DNA of 64,000 nt from a virus (lineage: Duplodnaviria; Caudoviricetes), in IMG/VR virus record IMGVR_UViG_2930666980_000001, positions 1 through 64,000 of that record; one strand, given 5' to 3'. The notes under the pieces were generated by a model. It searched no databases. It was not told where the DNA came from and worked only from the letters and a program-made list of their open reading frames with translations. Positions within the stretch are counted from its first letter, which is position 1; each line of letters opens with the position of its first letter. The position numbers were made by a program, and so were the translations under genes. Below, piece after piece: positions 27,990-38,289 of this stretch.

Positions 27990-30758
27990 ATGGCCACGAC
28001 CATCCCCACCGCCGCCGCCCAGGTCGGCGAGGGCCGCACCCCCCACAAGGTCCGGATCGACGGCTTCCACGCAAACGCCCTCTGCGGTCGCCGCGTCTCC
28101 CGCCAGTACGACGAGCGGGAAGCCGCCAAGGTCACGAGCTTCTGCAAGGGCTGCGAGAAGGCGGAGGCCGTCCTCCTCGCCGAGACCGCCGTCGAGGAGG
28201 CCCCCGCGGTCGAGGTCGTCGAGGCCACCGCCACCCCGGCCCCCGTGGTCGACGAGGAGACGCCGGCACGCACCCCGGCCGTCCACCGCTTCGAGACCAG
28301 CAGCGACGCGTACGACGCGACGCAGGCCCTCGACGGGATCAGCGACGGCGACGTGATCGTGGTCGAGTCGGAGAAGGTCGTCGGCTTCCTCGTGCGAGCC
28401 TGGCCCGCCGCCATCACCGTCGCTCGCGGCAGCCTGCACATGGTGAGCGCCCCCGACCGGGAGCACGAGGACGGCGCATACGCCGCCAGCGTCGACCTCG
28501 CCGAGCAGCTCGCCAACGAACTCGGTTTCGACGTCGACCCGCTCCACGCCACCCCGGCCCCCGTGGCCGAGCAGGAGGCGCCCGCCCAGGACGAGCACGC
28601 CGAGGACCTGCCGGCAGGTGCCGAGTGCGTGCACGGCAACACGGAGCGCCCCGGCGACCCGACCCGCCCGGCCGCCACCTGCGCCGCCAAGGGCTCCGCC
28701 GCCAGCGTCGGCATCTTCGGCGACGAGGGCTGTGTCGACCGCAGCGACTGCGCCGTGCAGGCCTCCGAGACCGTCCACCGCCTGAACGCCGAGCACGACG
28801 CCGAATGCTGGTGGGCCGTCACCTGCCCCGCCCACGAGGAGGAGCCCGCCACCTGCTGCGAGGAATGCGCCACCGACGAGGACGACGAGCCCGGCGACGA
28901 CGTTCAGGACGACGTCTATGGCGACGAGCCGGACGACGCCGACCAGGGCGAGCAGGCGCCCGCCGACGCCGCCCCGGAGCAGCCCGCCCAGGAGGCCGAG
29001 CGCTTCTACGCTGAGGTCTCCCGCGTCCTGGCCTACCCCGGCCACTACGAGGACCGGATCAGGATCTCCGAGGCCCGCACCGCTGAGACCGTGGAACGGG
29101 TCGCGCTTCCGGCCGTCGCGACCCGCAGCGCCCGGTCCGTCCTCGCCGCCCTCGGCTGGGAGCTCGTCGAAGACCTCGAGTACATCGCCGCGTCCAACCT
29201 CGAGAGCGGACTGGTCCGGCGTGTCGAGCCTGCCCAGACGCCGGAGGCCGTCGAGCTCCGCGCCGCCATCCTCCGCGAGACCACGGCCCGCACGGTCGCC
29301 CTCGCCGACAACGCACGGGGCGCACACTTCCGGGCCGTCATGCCGGCAGACGGAGGCCTGTACCCCATCGGCTGGACCTACCGGAACACAGGCTTCGGCG
29401 AGAACTCCCAGTACGCATGGGTGACCGCACAGGGGCGCGGCACCGACCGGGTCGGCGTCCCGACCCGCGAGGCCGCCGAGGAGATCGTCCGCGACTGGCA
29501 CGCCACCGGTAAGGACGCCCCCACGGACACGGCCCTCGTCGACGTCATCGCCGACCTCCCGGCCGACGAGCTCGCCAAGGCAGGCGCCTTCCTGCACCAG
29601 CACACCGAGGACATGCCGGCCACCTTCGCCGAAGGTGACCGCGTGCTGTGCGTCGACGGCCTCGTGCGCACCGCCAGGTACACCGAGACCAAGGACGGCA
29701 AGGTCTGGATCGTCATGAAGGACCGCAGCGCGTGGCCCGTCAAGAGCAGCGAGCTCATCGACACGAGCCGCGTCGAGACGGCCACCGCCGACGCCCTGCG
29801 CGCCGCCGAGACCCTGCGCGCCACCGCAGCCGCCCCGGACCCGGCCGCCCTCGCCGAGCTCGGCGACGCCCTCCGCTACCTCCGCCACGCCGACCCGGCC
29901 GCCCACGCCGCCCTGATCGAGGGCGCCGACCGCATCGCCGTCCGCATCCCGCGCGCCGACCTCGCCCCCGGCGACGTCCTCCACGACCAGGGCCCCCACG
30001 ACGTCCTCGACGTCTGCACCGTCGCCCCGGAGGCCGACGCGCCCGGCTGGTGGGCGCAGATCCTCGGCCACACCAAGGAGGTCCGCGCGTACACCGGCCG
30101 CAAGCCGTGGTCCACGGCGCTCAGGCTCGACCTCGCCCGCACCGACGAGGTCAGCGTGGACCGCCCCCTGCCCGGCATCAGCCCCATGCCGGCACCGTTC
30201 GCCGAAGGTGACCGCATCGTCTGCGCCGACGGCACCGCCCACACCGTCCGCGCCATGTCGCCGATCGTCCGCGACGAGCCCGCCCGCGTCGTCGTCGAGG
30301 ACGGCACCGAGTGGATCGCGGAGAACTGCCGCCGCGCGAACAGCGACGACGTCGACGCTGCCCGGGCCGCCAGCGCCCGCGCCGCCGTCCGCGTCCGGAC
30401 CAACCCGAACCCGGCTGACCCGGAGTGGGAGGCTGCCCTCGACGAGCTCGCCACCGCCCTCGACTTCCTCAAGATCGTCGACCCGGTCACCCGGGCCGCG
30501 CTGATCAAGGACGAGGCGGTGGCTGCGGTCCACGCCATCCACGCGGAGGCTCACGACTTCCAGCCCTTCGCCCGGCCTGGTCACCCGGCCACGGTCGGCT
30601 GGTCCTTCCGCACCGGACACGGGGTCAGCGCCCGGTACGGGATCGTCACGACCGACGTGAAGGTCTCGCCCGTGGGCCTGTACGAGTACCGCACCACCGC
30701 CGAGCGCGCCTACCTCTACGCAGACCGCCGCTTCACCGCGGCCCCCGTCACCGGCTGA
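27990..30758 (+). CDS. Large multi-domain (polyvalent-type) protein with internal repeats
   Basis: Duplicated MPAxFAEGDRxxCxDG and ALxELxxALxxLxxxDPxxxAALI segments; acidic linkers. Confidence 0.8.
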   Translation: MATTIPTAAAQVGEGRTPHKVRIDGFHANALCGRRVSRQYDEREAAKVTSFCKGCEKAEAVLLAETAVEEAPAVEVVEATATPAPVVDEETPARTPAVHRFETSSDAYDATQALDGISDGDVIVVESEKVVGFLVRAWPAAITVARGSLHMVSAPDREHEDGAYAASVDLAEQLANELGFDVDPLHATPAPVAEQEAPAQDEHAEDLPAGAECVHGNTERPGDPTRPAATCAAKGSAASVGIFGDEGCVDRSDCAVQASETVHRLNAEHDAECWWAVTCPAHEEEPATCCEECATDEDDEPGDDVQDDVYGDEPDDADQGEQAPADAAPEQPAQEAERFYAEVSRVLAYPGHYEDRIRISEARTAETVERVALPAVATRSARSVLAALGWELVEDLEYIAASNLESGLVRRVEPAQTPEAVELRAAILRETTARTVALADNARGAHFRAVMPADGGLYPIGWTYRNTGFGENSQYAWVTAQGRGTDRVGVPTREAAEEIVRDWHATGKDAPTDTALVDVIADLPADELAKAGAFLHQHTEDMPATFAEGDRVLCVDGLVRTARYTETKDGKVWIVMKDRSAWPVKSSELIDTSRVETATADALRAAETLRATAAAPDPAALAELGDALRYLRHADPAAHAALIEGADRIAVRIPRADLAPGDVLHDQGPHDVLDVCTVAPEADAPGWWAQILGHTKEVRAYTGRKPWSTALRLDLARTDEVSVDRPLPGISPMPAPFAEGDRIVCADGTAHTVRAMSPIVRDEPARVVVEDGTEWIAENCRRANSDDVDAARAASARAAVRVRTNPNPADPEWEAALDELATALDFLKIVDPVTRAALIKDEAVAAVHAIHAEAHDFQPFARPGHPATVGWSFRTGHGVSARYGIVTTDVKVSPVGLYEYRTTAERAYLYADRRFTAAPVTG

Positions 30759-30870
30759 CCGTCTCCCCGGTGCTCCAGGACGCCCCCGCCTGCTCGACGT
30801 GGGGGCGTCCGGGCGTGCCGGCAGGGACGTGCCGGCAGGCCGCAGGGTGCTGGCCTCCAGACAACACGAG

Positions 30871-30909
30871 TTAGCCAAGTTGACTTGTCCAAGCGCACTT
30901 GTGTAAGGT
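30871..30909 (+). promoter_or_regulatory. Promoter/operator array P2
   Basis: TTGACT-18 bp-TAAGGT; boxes at 30871, 30885, 30899. Confidence 0.85.
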
Positions 30910-30959
30910 GTCCTCACCGGTCGGGCGCACAGCCCGGCCACCGGACGACGGAGCACTCC

Positions 30960-31253
30960 ATGACGCAGGCCACCACCACCCTCGCCGCTTCCGCCCCCGC
31001 TGCCGGCATCGCCCCGGCGCAGCCCGGCCGCTTCTACGTCGAGGTCGAGACGGTCGGCGACACGGACCGCTTCACGGTCTACCGCCTGGGCGCCTCCGCT
31101 CCGCACGAGCTCGCGGAGCTCCCGCACGACGCCGCCCGCGACCGCCGGGCCACCCTCGACACCCTCGGCTGGACCCTCGTCCGCGACCTGACGTACTTCC
31201 CGGAGACCGGCGAATGGATCGCCCGCGTCACGCCGGCAGGACCCTCCGCCTGA
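30960..31253 (+). CDS. Small hypothetical protein under P2
   Basis: RBS ggag; followed by a hairpin at ~31277-31310. Confidence 0.7.
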   Translation: MTQATTTLAASAPAAGIAPAQPGRFYVEVETVGDTDRFTVYRLGASAPHELAELPHDAARDRRATLDTLGWTLVRDLTYFPETGEWIARVTPAGPSA

Positions 31254-31370
31254 CCAGCCGACCACCCGCACCACCCGACGCCCCCGCTTCCATCCGAGGT
31301 GGGGGCGTCGCGCATGCCCGGACATGCAAACACGCAGGTCACAGGGTGCGGCGCGACACGCCCACACGAC

Positions 31371-31409
31371 TTGCACAAGTTGACTTGTGCAAGCTCGGTT
31401 GGTTAACGT
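31371..31409 (+). promoter_or_regulatory. Promoter/operator array P3
   Basis: TTGACT-18 bp-TAACGT; boxes at 31371, 31385, 31399. Confidence 0.85.
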
Positions 31410-31458
31410 ACTCATATCAGGACGGGCGAGGGGCCCGGACGGTACGGAGGGAAACGCC

Positions 31459-32229
31459 ATGAGCACCACCACCAAGGTCGCCGCCCGCCTGATGGCCCAG
31501 CTCCTCGACGCCGAGGGCGCTCTCACCGCCGCCCGCCGCGAAGAGGCCCGCACCGCCGGCATGGCCACCCGCGCCGCTGCCCGCGCCAAGGCCGCCCGCA
31601 CCGCCGCCGCCACCGCCCGCCGCGACCTCGCCAAGGTCGAGGCCGCCGCGGTCGCCACCAACGGCCGGGGCCTCCTCGCCGCGACCCGCAAGGCCGACAC
31701 CCGCACCGCGAAGGCCGAGCAGCTCACCGCCACCGCCCGCGAGGCCAAGGCCACCGCGACCCTCGCCCGCCGCGCCGCCCGCGCCGCCGCCCGCCGCGTC
31801 GACCGTCTCGGCCGCCGCGCCGCCGTCGCCGCCAGCCGCAGCGTCGAGAAGATCGCCGCCCGCCTGGGCGAGACCACCCTCACGCCGGCAGCGGAGGCCG
31901 ACCGCACCCTGACCGCCGACGAGCTCCCCCCGGTCGAGGAGATCGAGACGCACGCCGCCCGCTACGCCGACTTCGACCAGCGCGCCAAGGACCTCGCCAA
32001 GCTCGCCGACGCCGAAAAGGTCTGGCTGCGCACCCTCCCGGTCGGCATCTACGGCGGCGTGGTCATCACCCGCACCCCCGGCCGCTCCGTCCTCGACGGC
32101 ACCCAGGTCGCCCTCGACTACACCAACCGGTTCGGCCAGCTCCCGCCCCGCAAGGCGACCCGGATGACCTTCAAGGTCGACGCCTCCGCGCTCCTCTCCC
32201 GCACCGCCGCGCAGGCCCTTGCGGCCTGA
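31459..32229 (+). CDS. Ala/Arg-rich coiled-coil basic protein
   Basis: RBS ggagg; low-complexity basic N-half, globular C-terminus. Confidence 0.75.
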   Translation: MSTTTKVAARLMAQLLDAEGALTAARREEARTAGMATRAAARAKAARTAAATARRDLAKVEAAAVATNGRGLLAATRKADTRTAKAEQLTATAREAKATATLARRAARAAARRVDRLGRRAAVAASRSVEKIAARLGETTLTPAAEADRTLTADELPPVEEIETHAARYADFDQRAKDLAKLADAEKVWLRTLPVGIYGGVVITRTPGRSVLDGTQVALDYTNRFGQLPPRKATRMTFKVDASALLSRTAAQALAA

Positions 32230-32290
32230 CCCGCCCGGCCGGGCGCCGTACGGTGCCCGGCCCCCACACCACCGGAACGGAGCACAACGC

Positions 32291-32728
32291 ATGTCGGGCA
32301 GTGAACTCCTCCCGCAAGCACTGTTCGAGGCACTGAAGACGTGCAGCAAGTGCCGCGAGACGAAGCCTGACACCGCCTTCCATCAGAACGGCGAGGGCGG
32401 TCGCAGAAGCAAGTGCCGCGATTGCCGAGCCAAGACCGAGAAGCGTCGGCCGCGTACGGCTCTGGAGCGCAGGGGGCCGGACCTCCTCCGCAAGTACGGG
32501 ATCACCGTCGAGCAGTACGACGCCATGCATGACGCCCAGGGAGGCCGCTGTGCGATCTGCGGTGACGTTCCGGCGGCTGGCCTGGCACTCGACCACTGCC
32601 ACAACACCGGGAAGCCCCGCGGACTCCTCTGCAAGCTCTGCAACTTGGGCATCGGCCACTTCCGCGACCGGGCCGACCTGCTGACGGCTGCCGCTGCCTA
32701 CCTGTCGCACCACGCGCCCACCGCCTGA
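32291..32728 (+). CDS. Endonuclease VII-family protein
   Basis: KYGITVEQY..M...QGGRCAIC...LDHCH.TG..RGLLCKLCNLGIG. Confidence 0.93.
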   Translation: MSGSELLPQALFEALKTCSKCRETKPDTAFHQNGEGGRRSKCRDCRAKTEKRRPRTALERRGPDLLRKYGITVEQYDAMHDAQGGRCAICGDVPAAGLALDHCHNTGKPRGLLCKLCNLGIGHFRDRADLLTAAAAYLSHHAPTA

Positions 32729-33001
32729 CCTCTATCCCGCTTCGCCCCACAGAAGGACAGCCCCCATGCAGCTCCTCGCCCCCCATGGCGTATCCGCCCT
32801 CCGCGTCACCGACGACCAGGAGCCGGAGCTCCTCCGCTACAGCACGGCCGCCGACCTCGACCAGCTCGCCGAGCTCCTCGCCGAGCTCCGCGACGCCTAC
32901 GCCGACCAGCCCAACGTCCGCATCGACGTCACCAGCTGACACCGCCCCGGCCCGGCCGGCATGACCGGCCGGGCCCCCACCCACCAGGAAGGGCCCACCC
33001 C

Positions 33002-34981
33002 ATGACGTACATCGACACCCGCCACGTCTCCGCCCTGCTCAAGCGCGAGCTCATCGCCGCCTTCCCGGGCGTCAAGTTCTCCGTCCGCAAGGGCGCCCTG
33101 TCCCTCTCCGTGAGCTGGACCGACGGCCCCGCATCCGACGCCGTCGAGGACATCGCCCGGGCCATGAAGGGATCCACCTGGAGCCCCATGGACAGCTGCT
33201 ACAAGAAGACCGGCAACCTGGTCACCGTCGTCATCGACGGCCAGGAGGTCACCGGGGAGCCGCTCGTCGACCACGTCAGCACCCACCGCACCGTGTCGGA
33301 CGACGCCCGCGCGGAGGCCGTCGCCCTCTGGTCCGCAGAGCATGGCGGCGCGGAACCGACCGGCATGAAGGCCTCGTTCGTGTGCGGCGGCCTCGCGATC
33401 CGTGACGGCGTGGCGGACACGCAGGTCACGCAGATCGCGAACGACGTCGTCCTCCCGCGCCGCTGGGCCGCCCACCAGAAGGCCGCTGCCGCCAAGGCCC
33501 CGGCCAAGAAGGCCGCCCCGGCCCGCGCGAAGGCCTCGCCCGCCGCCGCGCCAACCTCCGCCGCCGCCCCGGCCCCGGCCGCTCCCACGGTCCACGTCAT
33601 CGCGCACAGCGACGAGCGTGGTATCCACGTCACCGGCACCCGCCGCCGCGACGGCTTCGCCCGCACCCTGCGAGACCTCGGCTTCGACTGGCACCGCAAG
33701 CCCAAGTTCTGGTTCATCCCCGGCACCGAGGGCCCTGACGGAGCCGCCTGCCTCGACGAGGTGCGCACCGCCCTGCAGCAGGCCGGCATGACCTTCGCCG
33801 ACGACCAGCCCGCCCCGGCCGCTGAGGAGCCCGCTGCCGTCGTCGAGGTCGCCGAGCTCGTCGACGAGCTGCCCGCCGTCGTGCCGCCCGCCCAGGCCCC
33901 CGCCGCCCGCCGCCTGCGCTCCGTGCCCCGGCCCACCTCGTACGAGGACACCGTCATGGGTGACCTCCGCGAGTACATCAGCGACGCCCCCGGCATCGGT
34001 GTCCGCACGGCCGCCGCGTCCACCGCCGTGATCGGGCGGAAGGTCCGGACCGGCGTCATCCGCGAGGACCACCTGACCGGCACCCTGGCTGCCGCCACGG
34101 CCGCCGTCACCGCCAAGGCGGTACGCGAGATGCGCGCCCAGGGCCTGACGCACGAGCAGATCAAGCAGCGGCTCGAGCGGAAGCGAGCGGAAGCCCAGCA
34201 CGCCCGCAGCGTCGCCCGCGTCGCCGTCGCCGATGCCATGATCGCCGCCCATGCCGGCATCGTCGCCGACGAGGAAGCGGCAGCGCTCGCCGCGGTCGCC
34301 GACCAGGCGCCCCCGCCCGCCCTCGCACCGGTCAAGAACGCCCCGCAGCTCGAGCCGCCGATGCTCGCGGGCCCCGGCATCGAGGCGGGCCCCCACCGGA
34401 TCGTGAACACGGGGGAGTACGTCGACGGCCCGGGCAGCGCGTACGCCTTCGCCTGCCTCAACGACTGCGGTGTCCGGGCCCGGCTGGTCGAGTTCGACGG
34501 CCTCCGCTGCACCGGCCCGGCCATGCTCACCTACGCCGCCGAGCGCGCCACGGGCCTCCTCGACGACGTGACCCTCCGGGACGCCGAGCGCTTCGGCGTC
34601 GAGCTCCGGCCCGCCGCCCTCGCCCTGCCCGGCTTCCCCGACGACGCACCGCGCGAGACCGGCGAGGGCGGCGTCACCGACTGGTGCGACCGGCAGCAGG
34701 CACGGCGCCGCCTGACCACCCTCCTGCGGACGGACGCCACACACCGCTGGTACCGGGGCGAGCTCCGGCTCCTGCTCGACGGCGCCCACCTCGCCAGCTT
34801 CCGGCCGGTCGCCGCGGAGGCCCCGGCCGAGGAGGACACCCCGGCCGCGCCCGCGGACTACCGCAGCGTGCCCGTGCCGGCAGACATCGCCGAAGCCTGG
34901 GAGCAGCCGACCGGAGCGGCCTGGCGTGCGGGCGTCGACGGCGCCCTGGCTGCCCCGCTGACGAGGGCGCGCACCCTCTGA
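33002..34981 (+). CDS. Polyvalent protein with N-terminal LPD29-like domain
   Basis: LKRELIAAFPGVKFSVR...VSWTDGP..DAVE; second domain LRDLGFDWHRKPKFWF. Confidence 0.8.
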   Translation: MTYIDTRHVSALLKRELIAAFPGVKFSVRKGALSLSVSWTDGPASDAVEDIARAMKGSTWSPMDSCYKKTGNLVTVVIDGQEVTGEPLVDHVSTHRTVSDDARAEAVALWSAEHGGAEPTGMKASFVCGGLAIRDGVADTQVTQIANDVVLPRRWAAHQKAAAAKAPAKKAAPARAKASPAAAPTSAAAPAPAAPTVHVIAHSDERGIHVTGTRRRDGFARTLRDLGFDWHRKPKFWFIPGTEGPDGAACLDEVRTALQQAGMTFADDQPAPAAEEPAAVVEVAELVDELPAVVPPAQAPAARRLRSVPRPTSYEDTVMGDLREYISDAPGIGVRTAAASTAVIGRKVRTGVIREDHLTGTLAAATAAVTAKAVREMRAQGLTHEQIKQRLERKRAEAQHARSVARVAVADAMIAAHAGIVADEEAAALAAVADQAPPPALAPVKNAPQLEPPMLAGPGIEAGPHRIVNTGEYVDGPGSAYAFACLNDCGVRARLVEFDGLRCTGPAMLTYAAERATGLLDDVTLRDAERFGVELRPAALALPGFPDDAPRETGEGGVTDWCDRQQARRRLTTLLRTDATHRWYRGELRLLLDGAHLASFRPVAAEAPAEEDTPAAPADYRSVPVPADIAEAWEQPTGAAWRAGVDGALAAPLTRARTL

Positions 34982-35007
34982 CCTGCGACGCGACACACCG
35001 AACCAGC

Positions 35008-35046
35008 TTGCACAAGTTGACTTGTGCAAGCTGGCTTGGATAAGGT
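35008..35046 (+). promoter_or_regulatory. Promoter/operator array P4
   Basis: TTGACT-18 bp-TAAGGT; boxes at 35008, 35022, 35036. Confidence 0.85.
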
Positions 35047-35100
35047 CTGTCTCAGGAGGTCGGGGGAACAGCCCCCCGGCCCCGGATTCCGGAGGACCTC

Positions 35101-37410
35101 ATGGCCCGTCGCCTCGCACCCTTCACCCCGAAGGCCTACGGGCGCGGCGCCTGGATCGTCTGGACCGACGCCGACGGCGTCACCCGCAACGGCCAGATCA
35201 TCGACGAGGGACCGCAGGCCGGTACCTGGTGGATCACCTCGCTGACGCCCGACACCGACCAGCTCGAGACCTACCTCCTGAACCGCCTGCTCATCCGCAC
35301 CAAGTACGACCGCATGCTGCGCGACCAGCGCGTCGCGGCTGGCGGCGACTCGCACCTCTACCAGGTCAACGCCGCCGCCTACGCCCTGGACGAGCGCGGC
35401 GACATGCGCGCCGTCATCGGCGACGCCATCGCCCCGGCCGTCTCCTGCGACGAGCCGCAGGCCGAAGCCCTGGCCCGCAACGGCCAGACCCTCATCCCCC
35501 TCGACGACGCACCGGCCGAAACGGCCGGCACCGCCGAGACCCTCACCGAAGGAGCTGCTCCCATGGCTACCGTTTCCGCCCCCCGCACCCCGTCCGTCGC
35601 CGTCGCCCGTGAACTCCGCCGCCTCGGCCTGGTGCAGGGCCCCGGTAAGGACTTCCGTGTCGTCGGAGCGATCGTCAAGGGCGAGCGCGACCACACGTAC
35701 GTCGAGCTCCTGAACGCCGACGCCCGGCAGCTCGTCGCCGACCGCGCCGACGACATCGAGGCCTCGCTCGCCGCCGGACCCTTCCCCTTCAAGGTGTCCG
35801 TCCGGTACCACGGCAGCGACCGCCCGATGCCGTCCATCCACAACGGCGCCGCCGAGCGCATCCGCGACGAGCGGCCCACCGCCGAGGAGGCCGCCCCGGT
35901 CGAGGACGTCGAGGAGCTCGCCCCCGTCGAGGAGGTCGCCCCGGCCGCCCCCGTCGAGGAGGATGCCCCGGCTGCCGTGGACGCCCCCACCGCCCCGGAG
36001 GTCGAGGAGCCCGCCGAGGACGTCGACACCCTGCAGGAGTCCGCTCAGCCGGTCATCGACCACAACGAGCAGTACAAGCAGCAGTGCCAGGCCGCCGCCC
36101 TGTGCTGGTCGACCAAGCAGGCCGCCCACGTCCGCGCCGCCGCCGCCGGTCACCTCTTCCGCGATGACTTCGCCGACGCCTTCCGCTGGAGCACCGACCG
36201 GGCGAAGACCGGCCGCCGCGTCTCCGGCAGCTTCCTCGCCCCCCTCCAGGCCGCCGGGTTCCTCGCCCTCACGGAGGCCGGAGCCGACGGCCGCCGCGTC
36301 GTCGAGGCCACCGCCGACGGCCGCCGCGGCATCCAGGTCTGGGACCTGCAGCAGCCCGAGCCGACCGTCCGCAACCACAAGCAGGAGCGCATGCCGCTCA
36401 CCCCGCTGATGTGGGGCGAGGAGGCCGCCCGCCGCACCCGCGAGTTCAACGCCCAGGAGGAGGAGCGCCGCATCAAGCGTGACGCCTGGTGGGCCGGACA
36501 CCAGGAGGCCACCGCCGCCGAGGAGCAGGAGGACAAGCTCCGCGCCGCCTGGGCCGAGGCCGAAGGGATCCGCAACAAGTTCGCCCGCCGCCCGAAGGGC
36601 TGGACCCCCACCGCCGAGCAGATCGCCGAGCATCGGCTGGACCCGACCGTCGTCGCCGCGCTCCTCGTCGAGGCCGCCGACATCGTCGCCACCGCGGCGG
36701 AGGCCGCTGCCGCCGAACCTGCCGGCAGCGACGAGCCCACCACCGACACCGACCCGTGGGGCGACCGCCAGCCCGGCGACATCGTCGCCATCGACGGCCG
36801 CCCCGGCGACTGGGAGCTCATGGCCCGCGCCGACCGGGTCGGCGTCTGGGAGGTCGAGCCCGCCCAGGCCAGCGACCGCGAGCGGACCACCGCCGAGACC
36901 GCAGCCCTGCTCACCCTCGACGACGCCCCCCACGTCCGCCGCGGTGACCTCGTCCTCCAGCACTACCCGGAGCAGACGCAGGCCTCGACCGTCGGCGACG
37001 TCTACCGGCTCGGCCGCTGGGTCGCCGTGAAGGAGGCCATCACCCCGGACGGCGAGACCCACACGATGCGCGACGACGTCGACACGCTCGAGGTCGTCAC
37101 CCGGGAGCAGCTCGACCGCGCCGTGCGCCTGCCCGTCGAGGCCGGAGACCACCACGGCCTGATCGTCGAGGTGATCGTCAGCCGCCATGCCGGCAGCTTC
37201 CGCGTGATCTGCCAGTGCCTCGAAGGGCTCGAGGTCTGCCGCGCCGGGCGGAAGGTCGGCTACTCCAGCAGCGTCGAGGCCGCCCGCGCCCTGTGGGAGT
37301 GGCACGCCGCCGGACAGGTCGGCACCGCCCCGGAGGACTTCGCCACCCCGGCCCCGGCCCCGCTGCCCGCACCGCGAGCGGCCCGCCTCGACTGGTGCAC
37401 CGCCGCCTAA
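35101..37410 (+). CDS. Large multi-domain hypothetical protein
   Basis: 769 aa, RBS ggagg; domains separated by acidic Pro/Glu linkers. Confidence 0.8.
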   Translation: MARRLAPFTPKAYGRGAWIVWTDADGVTRNGQIIDEGPQAGTWWITSLTPDTDQLETYLLNRLLIRTKYDRMLRDQRVAAGGDSHLYQVNAAAYALDERGDMRAVIGDAIAPAVSCDEPQAEALARNGQTLIPLDDAPAETAGTAETLTEGAAPMATVSAPRTPSVAVARELRRLGLVQGPGKDFRVVGAIVKGERDHTYVELLNADARQLVADRADDIEASLAAGPFPFKVSVRYHGSDRPMPSIHNGAAERIRDERPTAEEAAPVEDVEELAPVEEVAPAAPVEEDAPAAVDAPTAPEVEEPAEDVDTLQESAQPVIDHNEQYKQQCQAAALCWSTKQAAHVRAAAAGHLFRDDFADAFRWSTDRAKTGRRVSGSFLAPLQAAGFLALTEAGADGRRVVEATADGRRGIQVWDLQQPEPTVRNHKQERMPLTPLMWGEEAARRTREFNAQEEERRIKRDAWWAGHQEATAAEEQEDKLRAAWAEAEGIRNKFARRPKGWTPTAEQIAEHRLDPTVVAALLVEAADIVATAAEAAAAEPAGSDEPTTDTDPWGDRQPGDIVAIDGRPGDWELMARADRVGVWEVEPAQASDRERTTAETAALLTLDDAPHVRRGDLVLQHYPEQTQASTVGDVYRLGRWVAVKEAITPDGETHTMRDDVDTLEVVTREQLDRAVRLPVEAGDHHGLIVEVIVSRHAGSFRVICQCLEGLEVCRAGRKVGYSSSVEAARALWEWHAAGQVGTAPEDFATPAPAPLPAPRAARLDWCTAA

Positions 37411-37490
37411 CCTTCCACGCCCTCCGGGGCCGGGCGCACCAGGCGCCCGGCCCCCGCTCCCCACAGCAGCAGCACGCCGAGGAGGCACCC

Positions 37491-38180
37491 GTGTTCACCG
37501 AGACGATCGACCACGCCGGAGGCATCTCGACCGGCACCGCCAGCGAGGACCACGCCCGCTACCTGCTCCGTCGCGGCGTCCGGCGAGGCGCCGACGTCGA
37601 GGCCACCCCCACCGGCGGCGCCCGGATCTCCTGGACGGCCTCCAGCCTCACCGCGGGCGGCGGCCCGGTCCGGATCAGCCGCTCCATCGAGATCACCCCT
37701 CAGATGCCCGTGGGGATCCTCACGGAGACCATCCGAGCCGACCTGTCCTTCATCGAGTCCACGCCGGCATCCCGGTACCGCATTGAGCACGACCGCCGCG
37801 TGATCGAGGGCGACCTGTACCGCATCCCTCCCTTCGCGACCGCCCGCCTCCGCGCCCGCGGCCTCGTCGTCGAGGAGAAGGGCCGCGTGCGGCTGTCCCT
37901 CTCCGCGCAGCTCGGCCTGCTCGCCCACCGGCACCGCACGACGACCAGCCAGCCGTCTGCCTGGTACCGCTCCGTCGAGCCTTACGGCAGCGCCGGTCTG
38001 AACCGTCCCGGCCGCCGTGCCGGCCTGCTGTACAGCCCCGCCAGCACCGCCCTGTGCGCCTGCGGCGAGCTGTCCGCCTACGGGGGCGACCGGGGCGAGG
38101 CCCGGCGTCTGGCGACCGCCCACCGCCGCGCCGCTACTGCTGCCTTCGTGACCGCCGAGCTCGGCGCGCGCACGCCCTGA
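37491..38180 (+). CDS. Hypothetical protein
   Basis: RBS ggagg before GTG; C-terminal CACG...H. Confidence 0.7.
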   Translation: MFTETIDHAGGISTGTASEDHARYLLRRGVRRGADVEATPTGGARISWTASSLTAGGGPVRISRSIEITPQMPVGILTETIRADLSFIESTPASRYRIEHDRRVIEGDLYRIPPFATARLRARGLVVEEKGRVRLSLSAQLGLLAHRHRTTTSQPSAWYRSVEPYGSAGLNRPGRRAGLLYSPASTALCACGELSAYGGDRGEARRLATAHRRAATAAFVTAELGARTP

Positions 38181-38205
38181 CCTGCGAGGGTAGCGACACA
38201 CCCAC

Positions 38206-38244
38206 TTGGCCAAGTTGACTTGTCCAAGCATGGTTGGCTAGTGT
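38206..38244 (+). promoter_or_regulatory. Promoter/operator array P5
   Basis: TTGACT-18 bp-TAGTGT; boxes at 38206, 38220, 38234. Confidence 0.85.
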
Positions 38245-38289
38245 CTGTTGTGCAGGGAGGGCGTAGGGCCCGACCGCAGAGAGGCAGCC

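Noticed and set aside
27888-31907. 1339-aa minus-strand ORF, and similar long antisense ORFs such as 59563-62682 and 34858-37488
   Set aside because: Shadow ORFs opposite well-supported plus-strand genes; stop codons are scarce in high-GC DNA.
948-38187. Recurrent TGACCTGCG at ~948, 26749, 34979 and 38178
   Set aside because: Few copies, no fixed spacing to other features, and I cannot distinguish it from a general host intergenic motif.
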